From Lingula anatina (taxonomy: Eukaryota; Animalia; Brachiopoda): DNA of 64,000 nt. Positions 21,001 through 34,522 of the stretch are shown here, one piece after another. The DNA lies in the NCBI GenBank assembly GCA_051362555.1, contig CM120640.1:68364788-68428787 (forward strand), given 5' to 3'. The notes beneath the pieces are model-generated. The model made no database searches. It was not told the DNA's origin and saw only the letters and a program-made list of their open reading frames with translations. A program made the translations under genes and the position numbers. The stretch's first letter is position 1; each line of letters begins with the position of its first letter.

Positions 21001-23001
21001 ATATAGCGACAACGAAAACTATAATTCCAACAACCGTTCCTATCCCATAAGACTTAGCGGAGCCACTGGTGAGAGCAGTCCAGAAATCATCCTCAGGTTC
21101 CTTTAACGGAGCGAGGCGGATGTGCGCAATCGGGTCTTAATTTTGAAAATTTATACTCATTAGACGCTTTGCTACTGCTGAAGGTGGTATCAGTCGTCGG
21201 ACATTGAGGGGTTGGATGTCGTTCACCAGTTGCGTTTTAATCAACGTATGTCCAACACGCTCTGTGATCCCTGGAAGAGTGAAGTTTCTACTAGTCATGG
21301 TGCATTGAGCCGGCACAGTGACCAAGTATGTCCCTGCTGTCAATGAATAGTAGGTTGGCTTGGCGTGGTGACAGCGCTTTGCCACTTTTTCGCCTCAGGT
21401 TTCCAATACATATTCTCCAAGTGCTACTTCCGTGGCTCTGGAGATCATCTCACCGGAGGTCAGCTCAACCTAACATGCACCTCCCTGGGCATGTTCGCCG
21501 GTGATAGCCACCCTGGAACATAACTCTGTTCCGCGACTGAAGATGGCGCCGGTTCTACACACCAAGGGCTTCCATCCTAGGCAGCTATTCGGATTAAACA
21601 TGTTACCGGTTTTCGCCCCCATTCCCTCTTCTTGACTTTCTAAGAGCAGGCAGCCGGCAAAACCCGTGCTATTGTATGGAACGCCCTGATGCTGAACCTG
21701 GTCGCCTCATCTAGACCAATCAAGGGTAACCTTACCCGGTAGCTTAGTGTCTTGTCTCCCCATATGGGTGTTACTCTCACGTGTTCGCATAATACCACTG
21801 CAGCGGTTCCACCACCTCCGTGGCATCGTCCGCTGCCTGGCTCAAGATTTCCCTCAACTTGAATGGCGGCAGGAGCTCTTCTGTCAACCTTCCAAGTTGG
21901 AGACTAGCCTTTTGACGATTGTACTTGTCAAATATGATGCGGTAGTCGCTTACTAATTCTTCAAAGGAGTGAATGGCACGGTCAATATGGTAGATGGTCC
22001 ACATTCCGTTCAGCGCGATTTTGGTATAATTGGGTAATTTGCCGAGGTCATCAAAACGAAGCGTGACTGCAAAGTTCAGATATGAAGAAATGTCATCAAT
22101 TCTTCTATATCCCTGATTTGCAGCGCTGATGGTTCGGTTCAGGACGGATACTGGTTTGTAGACACGATGTAATAATAGTCTATAATACTCGTTGATTCTT
22201 TCGTGTGCTCTCAATGATTGACTTAACTTTTTCAACATCTTCATCAAGTCCAAAATGAGAACGTCCAATGACTGCACCAAAATTAAAGAGTCCACGCTTC
22301 GTTCGGTGATCATGCGAATTAAGACGAGGATCCGTAACATAGGGCAGGTTTAGGTGGTAATTAGCATTGGTTGTCATGCGTACAGTTGCTTTACTTATGC
22401 GCATGAGAAATTGCGTAAGGTCAGTTGGTTGGATCCACCCATCAGTGTACATTTCAGCGATTCTTTTCTTTAAATAGTTCAAGGTATTGTTGACAGGCTA
22501 ATCGAATCCGGGCCTATCTACGACAATCAGCAAGGTCCATTCAGCAGTTTGTATTCTTATGGGTTCCCTGTCGGTAATCAAAAGTCCATCTTTAAGTGGA
22601 GCAATATCTACCGCACTCATCGTCACGGCTACCATAAGGAGTAGTATAGCAAAGCTAACGCCATAGCCTCGTCCATGTGTCGATACTTGGTCCCCACTGG
22701 GATGAAACATTCGCCGTTTCTGCTTGATGTCGTGAAGGTTAGGGATTTTGCTGTCTCGGTTTGCTTCTTGTTCGATCCATTCTGCAGCAAGTTTTCCGTA
22801 CCGTGTGTTGTAACTGTGGTTCACCTCTCTGTAAAGATTAGTATCAGCAGATGTTTCCCACGCTAAGTCTTCTTCACTCTCTTCAGAATATGAGTTTGAA
22901 GTGATGGGGTCACTGTCTGACTCCTCTTTAATATCCTCTTGGTCCCTTTCATCTTTTATCTTCTCTTTGATGGTGAATAGTCTTAGTTGGGGTTGGGCCA
23001 T
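21001..23001 (-). pseudogene. Envelope fusion glycoprotein (baculovirus-F/errantivirus-env-like) pseudogene
   Basis: Hydrophobic signal (FAILLLMVAVTMSA), furin site and fusion peptide RTKR|GLFNFGAVIG at 22264-22305, heptad-like region, Cys-rich segment (SCLGWKPLVCR), TM segment GIGTVVGIIVFVVAIY at ~21001-21050; in-frame TAG at 22498 and frameshifts. Confidence 0.75.
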
Positions 23002-23595
23002 CTGATGAACTCCACAGTTTAGAGAAACTACTGCGCATGCGTCAAGATGTCAGAATCTCCTCCGAGCGCAGCCGAGAATTAATTACAGCTTTGGAAGTAA
23101 CTCCCTCGCTCTGCTAGTTAATTACGCCGCGGGTATTCGGGGCACAGACCGTGATCACTAGATACCGCCAATGGATTTTTGGATTTTTAGAATTTAGATT
23201 TTTCATGTGAACGGTGCCTAAATGGTCTTTTTCTGACGTCATCCCAAACTATATTTGGATCCACCAGGTGGAGCTTGTTGCAATTAACAGTTAGCACCTT
23301 TCCTGTCTGTTGATGACGTATCTTGTAGACCTTGCCACGCGTACTTATGATCTTGTACTGAGGGTCCCAACTGTTGTTGAACCTAAGACGTCCCTGTGCC
23401 TTCAGTATGACGGTATCAACAAAAGTTCATGCATTCAGGCATCTTCTGTTGTATTTTTTAAAATTTTCTATGTTAATCTTGGCTGTCTGTATTGCTTCGG
23501 TCATATCTTGTAACAGTCCGTTCAGTGGGTTGGTCACAGGCGAAGCTGTTAAGAGCTTAGTGAGTGGCAGTCTGGCACGGCGTCCATACATTGTG
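21001..23595 (-). mobile_element. Decayed Gypsy/Metaviridae-like LTR retroelement fragment: integrase C-terminus plus env-like ORF; no LTR seen
   Basis: 23205-23595: MYGRRARLP...WDPQYKII...VYKIRHQQTGKVLTVNCNKLHL, resembling the Ty3/Gypsy integrase GPY/F module; followed on the same strand by an env-like reading frame. Confidence 0.75.
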
Positions 23596-23732
23596 GAATC
23601 CCGCACTAATTTCACATTGCATTATCATAGTAGTCAACATGTTAATATGTAATTTGCGTCTGTTCTGTATACATAATTAGTATTCGCTGTAGAGGCCTAT
23701 AGGTATGCTGAGACAGATGCATATCACCCGTT

Positions 23733-23970
23733 ACTAGAAAAGCACTCCGAGAGCGCAGACCTCCGCCAAGGCAGCAATTTTTTATTTTTATTGATTATTG
23801 ATTGATTATTGATCCGGATCACCACCAAAAACTAATCATCTGATCCTTGGCCCACTTCTGACAGTTCCTGAAAATTTCACCAAAATCGGTCCATAACTTT
23901 TTTTAGTTATGTTGATGACAGACAAACAAACAAGGAAACTGGTAAAAACATAACCTCCTTGGCGGAGGTA
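23733..23970 (-). mobile_element. Helentron-associated (HINE/DINE-1/pearl-like) non-autonomous element, single core unit
   Basis: ACCTCCGCCAAGG sub-terminal inverted repeat (23759, ~23957-23969), GTTT/GTCT microsatellite; core homologous to the array at 41738-42160. Confidence 0.6.
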
Positions 23971-25115
23971 AATATTGCACAACAATTAGTATGCAAATAA
24001 GTAGCAGTTGCTTGCACGCATAGATTCCCTGTAGAAAACGTGTATAAAATTTGAATGTTGTACATAATAAAGACATTTTTAGACTTGAGACTGAAGATGT
24101 GAGGTTGTTCTTTTATGCTTCTCTGTGCACGTAAAGTGAAGGATCCGGACTGATTCGGATCTGGAGTGATGTCGGAGCCCATAGACTTGTTAATTGTTAC
24201 ACTGAAATTCAGTAGTCATTTTGGACGGTTCATACCGTCCTTGGATACTACATATACCCTAGTAGTTTCACTTCAATTATCATGAGGGAAAATATCCCGG
24301 TTAATATACCCTATGAAAATGTAATTAAAATATCTAAGTGCTTTATCTATTTCCTCCACCAGGTAAGTCATGAATAATTATGCTAATAAGTGATTCTGTC
24401 CACTATAGAGAGCCTGGCCGTCCCAAGCCTCGGAACCACCGGAGTGGCACTCCGAGTATGTAATTAAGGTACAATTTGCTTAGATTTCTCGGATATCTGT
24501 TATCTGTTCAGAGTTATCCAATGTAACAATGGTGGGTTTCAGTTTTAATGAAGTACTAAATTATGCACTGTCCACGAGCCCGATATACACGAGGGGCGAG
24601 GGGGTAACAGTGCATTATTTCCCATACATACAAAGGGAAATCGTGCATGTTCCACACCCAAACCCCCTAACTTTGAATAGAACACGCTGATATCACCGCG
24701 CATAAGGTGAGGTCAAAGAATGGACTTTACTGCCTAATTGCGGTCACCGTCCAATCATTTTCATTTGCGTGAATGGTTTGTGGTTGCGTGTGTATTAACA
24801 GAGACAATACTCTCTTTATAACTTCTTGGTCTGTTAGTTGTTTTGATATCAGCCCCGTGGAATGTATTTTCAAATACCCTAATTAGGATACAGTCTTTAC
24901 AAGACCGTGGAACGCACTCGTACGGAACATGCTTGTATGTCGAATACAGCACGACCGAGTCTTTTGTTCTACGCGCTAGCCGTGGTTTAAACACAATTCA
25001 ATTTTTTGTAAGAGGGATAATTTATTTTTAAAGGCGCTAAAATAAATCAACACTTCAACTAAGATTTGTTAAGGTCATCTGTCACACAGTTCATACAAGG
25101 GTATTTAGGAACATC

Positions 25116-28100
25116 ATGGACGGTGCAAACTTTACGGCGCAGCGTTTGATGATCTTGCTTTTTAGTATCATCGTATTTTCAGCGACCCAAGCAGGTAAGT
25201 CGGCGTAAATGAAGCTGAGTCACGTAGAAAACAATGGGGTTTTTAATGTGATATGAGTAGTTTTTATTACAGTTGTAAGTCATTTCTTAACGTAACGTTT
25301 ATGTAATCTGAAGGGCTGTTCCATTACATGTTACATAATTACATGAATAGACCAAAGGGTTGCCATGTGTGGAAATTTGTTGAATTCGTGAAGAAAATGT
25401 AGATTTTACTTTTTGGGTCATAAGAAAAGTGTTTGAAGTGCCATCTTGTTTATGTTGCCACACCTACACGGAAATAAACTACTACTACTTTACAAAAACT
25501 GTAGGTCATCCCAAAGTTTTAGTTAGTACATCAACCATTTTTTTCAAAAGCCCTTTATATGGTTACATGTTATGTTAAATACATACTGTTGCTCAAAATG
25601 TGTGACACATTCTCGTGAATTCAGGTTTTAAATGATGTTACTGATTGTCGGGGACATTTAATAATTCACGAGCATTTGCAGTCACTTCAGGTAACGTCTT
25701 TGTTTGAAGTTTTTTCGCAACGCATTTCTCCGTAATACTTAGCACGTAGAATAAAGTCTAAAAAGTAAAGCCGTCTTGTTTGTTAATCTGAGTAAGAAGT
25801 TGAAGAATCCAACCTTTGACTTGGCTTGAGATTAAAGAGTGGGATTTCCCAGATCGTCAGAATTGTACCGGGGCAAGCAACGAGTGAACATTAAATGACT
25901 GAAATTGTTGTTGTTGTCTGCGTTGGATTTTCTCATAGCGACTTATTTGGACCACGAATCTGTTAAGAACCGGTAGTATTAACGCGTCAACCGCTCAAAA
26001 AGTTTACAACGGTTTACATTCTGAACTGGATGACATTTCTACCTCAACCGTTTTGCCATAAAATTTTATGAATTTGATGGAAGTTATTTTAATGATTATG
26101 TTCGCGTTGGGGTCCCTTTTTATTTACATTAAAATTACACTTTGAGTGAGTTTTGAAAGCTTGTTTTTTTAAACAAAAAATGTACACAATAAAGATGCGT
26201 TTCAAAATTGATCTAAGTTTATATCCCTTCTTCTGACCTTTTTGTCTTTTCTCTTTTTAGGACACTCTGGCGCCCATTTCATAAAACTCATTTTACCTCT
26301 ACCATGAGCTGTTTAACAATCTTGGGCTTACATAATTTTTAATTATTTTACAGATCGCCACGAGTGTGCTCGAGTTTGTCAGCGAAATGTCCACAAGACC
26401 TGCGAGTACAATTTCACCGTCGAGTGGTATCTTACGCTATCCAAGGTAGAATGAATAATAAAATTTAAATATTACGAGATTGTACCAGAAAGTTCAAATT
26501 GACTAGAATTGAGTAAATTAAGGGTCGAACGAAATTCCAACATTTACATACAATACAAAGGACGTCCGACCATAAAGCCACGTCATACACAGGTATGAAT
26601 CCCTTAACGCCATTTTTAAGTGACCCTATTCAGCACAGGGTAGATTTTCCAGGTGGCATCGGAAATTTTCGTATACTTACGGAAATAAGTATGATTTTAT
26701 TTATACTTTTCTCCTTTACATCTGTCAGTAATACCTCTACCGCCATGCACCAATGAATAAAGAATTGATTTTGTTTACGTCACAGATGCATTTTTTACTA
26801 AAAGTCCTTTTCTGCAGTCTGGTAATACGCAAGAACTGCGTTTGAAGAGGAGAGGTATCATTTTTGGTTTAGTGATATCTCAGTCCCCAAAACAGCCACA
26901 TGGCGTTAAAATACAAACCTAACGACATAGCGATTGAAAATGGCTGTGATACAGAATCTTGATGTTTTTTAATGACATCTTTTCTCCTCTTTTTGGACTG
27001 CATTCAAAGACTGGGTTCCCATGCCTAGATCGGTTAATTGACAGCAATTTAGGCAGACTCCCCAGGGAGATAGATCGATCCAAATATATGTGGGAATGGT
27101 CCCAAAGATTATACATATTCTGTTGTCTATTGTGATCAGCCATTTATTCATTTAATGAAAACACTTTCATTATTCAATAAGGTCAAAACATATATCTCTA
27201 CAAGATTTCTGCTTGGAAAAATAGGTGGATTAAAACGAATGAAACAAACACGTGTATTTAGAGAGGATTTAAACAAACGAGACAAACATGAATATATAGA
27301 GAGAGTTCAGTTTTCCACGTATAACTCATTGTGCTAAGTAAATGACACACTATTATTATTCGTTGCTTATAAAAATTCTTCCAAAATGTACAAACCGAAT
27401 GTTACGATACATTCTAGGCTTGCTACGACTGTCCATTCAACTTGACGGACTGCCACCGCCCCCATTGTATAGCCGCTGATGGACATATGCGAGCTGTCAT
27501 TGCGGTCAATAGACAGATACCAGGGCCAATGATAGAGGTAAGACAAAGTATTTCACATATTTAGAAAACAAATGCGTTAACAACACATCATACAAAAAGG
27601 ACGTAGAATCAGTTATCCAAATTATCAATATTTAGGGACCTGTCAGTACATTGGCTTTATGATGTGTTTATTGTAAATTAATCAAAACATATGTGATTGT
27701 CATCCAGGTTTGTGAGGGTGATACCTTGGTGGTGAATGTAAAGAATGAACTTGAGGACGGTGAAAGTACAGTGATACATTGGCACGGTATCCACCAGATG
27801 GGGACACCGTACATGGACGGAGTCAGTATGATAACACAGTGCCCCATTCCACAGTTCACAACTTTCAGGTACGCTACGGGGATGTTAGACACATTAAAAT
27901 GTAATGTTGATAGCCTTTTTGCGAAGTATATTGTATTAAGGTCCTTTTTATTATTTTTATTCAAATCTATCGCAAAAATATGGCAAAAGTGGCAGCAGCT
28001 GTTATCATTCATATTTAAGGAAGTCACCCAAATGTTGTAAGAAATCAATGTCTACGTGTATCATTGTGTCTCAATATTTTATTTGTTTTCTGCACATGTA

Positions 28101-31100
28101 CATGGGTTGGTATAAGGATCTCAGACATTATTCTTCTTCTAATTTTTGTGTCTTTTCAATCCCTTTCGTAAGGAAGCTTCTCCTTTTTTTGCCATATTTT
28201 ATTTCCCATCCATCAGCGTTTGGGTCAGTAAACATGCATTGATGATCCGACTCAGAGTAGAACACTCTTTTATTACATCCATCTAGCTTTAAGGCATGAA
28301 CCTCTCTGGTGACTTAATATTGCACAAAAGGTCTCTTGTTACAATCATAAGTTATGCCAAAAGGAAATGTCAGTGCTTAGCATACAAAGTATACCACATT
28401 GGGCCTAAGGTATACTAAAGTTGACAAAAAGTTGCTACATTTAAGGCAAACACAAGTCATTTAATATGACCTGCTCATTTGCACAACAGCATTACAAACG
28501 CATTCCAGTTATTTCTTTTTTAGAAGTAAGACTATTATTCTTATGCCTGGACACGAATGTGGATTTCACTTAGCAAGAGTGTGAAGGCTTGTGCATGGGT
28601 ACAATGTATAACCTCACGTTACCAACTTACATGTACATTATTCTTGGCTTGACATGGTATGCCCAAACACTGACATTTAATTGTGTCGCAGGCCAATGTT
28701 TACCCCGTCAAAGCGAATGTTTGCAGGATAATTCTAACAGGTCATCTTGGAATTGTTTCTGTTGATACTAGTGAAAGAATGTTTTTGCTCTTTCGACGTG
28801 ATTCATTGAAACTCCGATATCTAAATATGATTTTTTTTTTCAAACTATTTCTGGCCCCTACAGATATTTATTCGATCTTTTACAACAAATGAAGTGCAAA
28901 TATTTTAAACATGCCATCTTTAAAGACATAACAACTCTTTGTATGACATTCATATTTCACAACAAATACATTGTAAACAACTCATAAAAAAAAATTATCA
29001 TATGAACGTCGGTTATCGCAATTATTCTGGAATCTGTGGTTGCCATCGGACCACGTGGACCTTCATAGATGGCTTCCATCTTTAAAAAATCACTTGATAT
29101 ATTATTACAAAAATCAAACTTAAAGTAAAGAAACATGGATTTTATTTAAATGGCAGAACGAAATCATTAACATTGGACAGTAGGGTAAAACGCCGTTTAC
29201 TCCGTTTATTGCACTTTTCCCACCAAAATGTCTTTATTTCATCAAAATGTAAGAAAACTTTTTTCTTTTTCTTTATCTTTTTTATTCATTTATTTATTCA
29301 TTTATTTTAATTTTTTTTGGGGGGGAGGGGAGGGGGAGAAAGAGAAAGATTGACAGCCGTAGTACTTAAGCAGAAGTCTACTCTAATACAGGTACACGTT
29401 TAAAGCCAGCCCAGCTGGGACCCATTTCTATCATTCCCACATTGGCTCGCAGATCGCGGACGGCCTGTTTGGTGCGTTAATAGTTCGCAAACCACCGGAA
29501 GATGAACCACATAGGACCCTGTACGACGAGGATCTTCCTAGTCACGTGGTTCAGCTGGCAGACTGGTTTCCAGAGCCATCAAATGCACGTTTTGTCCATT
29601 TGATGCATCACAAGTGAGTGTCGTTGTTGATATCCCTAAACAAGGGATCTTCCCAGTAATGTAAGTTATAGATATCCCTCCACCAGGGGTCTTCCCAGTG
29701 TTGTGTTGATATCCGCCCAGCAGGGGTCTTCCCAGTGCTGTGTTGATATCCCCCACCAGGGGTTTTTCAAGTGTTGTGTTAAAATCTGTCAACCAGGGGT
29801 CTTCCCAGTGTTGTATGATATCCCTCCACCAGGGGACTTCCCAGTGTTGTGTTGATATCCGCCCAGCAGGGGTCTCCCCAGTGTTGTGTGGATATCCCTC
29901 CACCAGGGGTTTTTCAAGTGTTGTGCTGAAATCTGTCCACCAGGGGTCTTCCCAGTGTTGTTGTTGTTGTTGATATCTGTCCATTAGGGATAATTCCGAG
30001 TGTTGTTATAGATATCCCTCCACCTTCTCAGTGTGTTGTGGTAATATCCCTCCACCAGGGGTCTTCCTAGTGCTTTTTTGAATTGATACCAGTGAACAGA
30101 GATGTCAGCTTTATGTTTTTTTTCTGTCTGCAAACAATCAAATTTAATTGTTGATGATGAAAATTATGATTTTGTAATAAGTGATCATTTATTTTTGATA
30201 ATGAACCTGAGTGATTCTCAAATAGTAAAGTGAAATCTTCTCTTTCATACAGGTTTGATGTCTTTCTTCCACTTTCGTTAATGTTAAACGGGAAGTCTGA
30301 TAACTACGAAGTGAAACTGAGTTCCAATCCTAACATCACGGCAAGACCCCCTCTAGAAGTCTTTCACGTGACCCAGGGTAATCGATACCGCTTTCGCTTC
30401 ATCAACGCTGGTCACATGTCATGCAATTTTAAAGTGTCGGTTGACGCCCACAACTTGACTGTCATTGCTGCCGATGGTGTTGCTGTGAAGCCCTTGGAGA
30501 TCGATGTATTTGGAATAACACCAGGTATTTATGCATTGTTATTAACTTTTTGTAAAGCGACGTGACTTTTTGCAATTAACAAAATGTTAACAAGGGAAGT
30601 AATGGTGATTTATAAGAAATATCAACTCTAACAGTATCTATAATCACGCAAAGCATTTCACCACTTCATAGGATAAGCATTACTACTTCATGATGATAGG
30701 CGACTTCATTCGTTAAAAAAAAAGGACCCTCATGAATGCGACTTCGCGATATAAACCACTTTATGGGACATTTGTATCCAAACATATAATCGTTATAAAT
30801 ATAATTTCTTCTTGAATTTTTAGATAAAATAGTTATAATTATAATCATGGAAATTAGTCTTTTTAAAGTGCGACGCGACTTGATAAAGGCGATTGGCATG
30901 TACCAGTATGTCACTTCAGTGATTTTATTATACCCTAATATTTAATTATTTATTCATCTTGTAATCCAACAGCCTACCGATACTCTGCCGTGTATGCCCC
31001 CCCCTACTTTGAACGCCTATGGTCCCCCCTTTCAGAAATCCTGGGTCCGCCTGCATATGTCCGAGTATTTTAATATTGCTCAAGACATACACCCCAAAGT

Positions 31101-34100
31101 ACTAATGTTTATACAGAAATATTCGTAAATATAATTGAAACGTACTGTTTATCAATGTTGGATAATTTTTTACAGTATAAAAGTATGTTTTTTTCAAAAA
31201 CACTTCATCGCCATTATCCTATGAGGTAGCAGGCAATATCTTACTTGGTGATGAAGTCGCTTTTTATCCTATGAAGTAGATTTGTCTGGGCATTTCTCCT
31301 GTGAAGTGGTACTACACCAATGTACAAGTATTATATTACAATATTATTATTAAATTATTCAATACAAATACAATTAACCTATAATTCGAAGCGCTGTGTT
31401 CGTCCGAGTTTAAATAATAAAATCAATAAAATGTTAACATGGGCAGTTCAGGACATATCTTTGTCGATATTGTTAATTTACCCTCCAGCAGTACATGCAT
31501 AGTATGGCATGCGCTTCATTCTACCACTTGAACTAAAGGAGGCTACATTGAACGTTAAACGTATATTATTAATTATTATTCGTTTTCAAATTACTTCCAG
31601 GTGAAAGATTTGACGTCGTCTTGCATGCCAATCAGTCAGTTGGAAATTACTGGTTGAAAGCGGTAGGCTTGGTAGATTGTGGTTTCTTAGGGCATGTGGC
31701 CCTAGGAGTGATAAGATACGATGGCGCGGCTGACGAATACCCCACGGAAGACAGGAAGGCAAACAGACTCGGAAAGGTTATTTTCACTTGTGTATCAATA
31801 TACACCGTTTTCAATTCATCCTTAATATAGATCAATCAAGGTAGCTCTTCTTTACAGATGTCTGATAGTGCTACAGGTGTTACAAATATAATACACTGGC
31901 ATTGTTGTTGCACAAGATGTAACTAGAATTTCGGAGCAATTCTTCCAGTTTGATTACAGGACCTTACAAGTTATTTGCATTATTTGCATAATACAAATAT
32001 AAAAACTAATTTGGAGGTTCGTTTCTTTAACTACATAATTCAGGTTTTGAGGCTTATTTCGTATCTATCAATGAAATGTGACTTTTTTTCAATATAAAAG
32101 TCGCCAGGGGGGTGTTAAATTGTTGAAAACAATAAAATAGTTAAACGAAGAAAAACAAACATAGTAATACATGAGCAATTTACTGGTAAATCGAACATTT
32201 GATATAAATCTGTCATTTCAGTATTTGAATCCAACCACAAGTGAGCCTGATAACCCAATTGCAATTAACGGACCGGACTTTGATATTCTCGTTGACGAGT
32301 TGGAAAATTTTGAGAACGATAATTTCACCGATGAGAAGGTAGATGTCTATTACTATCTTGGTAAGTCAAGTTACTGTATGATCGAGTCTAGTTTTGCTGT
32401 CACTTATTTTGAGACACGAATGTGTTTTGATTGTGTCTGTGCTATCTGTTCCGTTGCTTTTTGTCTTGACTTTGGGAAATATCGCTAGCCAGGGCTCTGT
32501 TTCATGAAATGCTTATATGCTTCTCTACAAAAATCTAAATAGCCGGCTATACAAAGTCGACTTTGTGAAATTGGTCTTGGAACGCTTTGCGAACTGCTAG
32601 GCTGCCAAAGGTTAGTTAAAACATATTAGAATATCAGGATAAATTACGATATTTAGGAGAAAACGTGACAATTTGACACAACAATACGTCATACGCAGAA
32701 TATGCTATATAAGGTTTTTCTGTTGAACATAATGTGGCGTACCGTACCTTAGTCGGCTAAATCATAAATTGACTTTAAGACTTTTTTCATGGAACAGCGC
32801 CCATTTGTATCGTCTGGAGAATCTGAAACTAAGAACGTAAGAACCAGTTTTGACGGTAAAATAATTTAGCAGTTTATGGTAGAATAATTAGGTACATGTC
32901 AAATCGACTTTACTTCTTCTTGTAATTTTAGGCATGGACTTTCTGAACAATGACAACACAAAGTTTAACCATTTTGTCTACTACCCCGTGAAGGAGCTCA
33001 CTCCAGCCAAGGCACATTACACACCAGCTTTAGACAATGTATCCTTTCTGTTGATATAAGCGAAGAAAAGGTATATACGCAAAATAATTATCACCCAGTA
33101 TTTCAAAATTTTAGCTTTATCATCTTTATCAGGCCCCGTCACATTTATTCGCAATCAGCAGGAATCAAGCTGAATGAGCCGGAATGAAGAGTTGTCTAAA
33201 TTCGTACTACATTCGGGAAGAAATTTCAAATTGACCTAAATTCTTGTAAGAATGCCGGTGGAATTAGAATTCGCTTGAATCCGCCTGTAATGATTCGTGC
33301 ACATTTCGGCTGTATTAGCTCTCAAATGCAGCTCGAATGTAGTTGGAAAACTAGGAATATCGATAATGCTGTCATAATGCAGTCAGAATATTTATAATAC
33401 ACTTCGAATGCCGTATGAGTGTAGTTCGATTGCTGGCTGAAATAGGATTTCGGCGGCAATCGAGATGCATTCGAGTTGCATTCCGGCTCATTCTAGCAGG
33501 ATTTGAAGTGTATTGGCATTTCGGTTCTCCCTCGAACGCGACCAGAATGTTTCAAATGCTGTCGGAATGCCCCAAGAATATTTAGAATGCACTCATAGTG
33601 CAGTTAGAATACACTTAGAATGCCATTCGATATTTGTCCACTTCGAAGTTTTGAGCATGAGCAAAACATTCGGGCCGGCCACAGGAATGGGTAAAATATT
33701 TGGAATGCACTCAGAAATTTTAGAATGCTCTTCGAATATCCAGGAACGTACAAAGAATTGTCTTTCCGAGCATTCTTGCTCATTCCGCCTTTAGTATGAC
33801 GGGGCCTTTAAGAGCAGGTGTCACATGCCATTGTCTGCTGTTTGTTTGATTTGTCAATACCAATTGTGGATATTACACTGAATTATATAATTATGAATAT
33901 CATGTTAATTCCCAATGTTATAAAAGCATTTAAATTGACCTACTGTAAGGGACAAATACACGGACTTTCGATCCTCGCTGTGGATGTCTAAAGATCACAT
34001 ATCAGAAGTTTAAGGCTCAAAATATATCATTCCATGAACTCCACCCTCTCAAAGTTTGTCAAAGTTATAACTTTCCTGGAACCCTGGTAGTTATTTCATA

Positions 34101-34483
34101 AATACCGTTCATTTTTTTCCTTAAAGACACTAAAGATAACGTTTGCGTTCCCTCCTGTGCCCCTCATGACACAACCAGATGACATTGATACCGCCTGGTT
34201 TTGTAATCACTCCACAGTTAACACCACCAACTGCGGTGACGATCTCTGCAAGTGTACACATATGGTGGAATTCAGGCTTAATCAGGTAAAAACATAATTT
34301 TAACCTTGAGCCACCCTTTCTTTATCCACTTTTAACAATACTATGTAAATGCTTTTGTGCTCAAAGCAACGGGATGAGAATTTTAAATGTCGTTTCTTTA
34401 CGTCATTGGTTTATTTAAAAATAACTCATGATTTAATGTCTTTTAATAACTATTTAAACTCTTTTTTTACTTTCAATTTTGCT

Positions 34484-34522
<39 letters not shown>

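Noticed and set aside
21001-23001. Domesticated (syncytin-like) env gene
   Set aside because: In-frame stop, frameshifts and Tc1 truncation at the TM segment indicate neutral decay
27668-28048. Recurrent antisense ORFs opposite exon 4 (also 41069, 50388, 62793)
   Set aside because: Shadow frames of a near-identical coding exon; flanking parts are not conserved as protein
29538-29984. 148-aa repetitive ORF on minus strand
   Set aside because: Translation of the 37-bp intronic minisatellite overlapping laccase exon 5 antisense
11988-34135. Functional link between SNRPE and neighbouring U12-intron laccases
   Set aside because: Proximity alone; nothing in the sequence supports co-regulation
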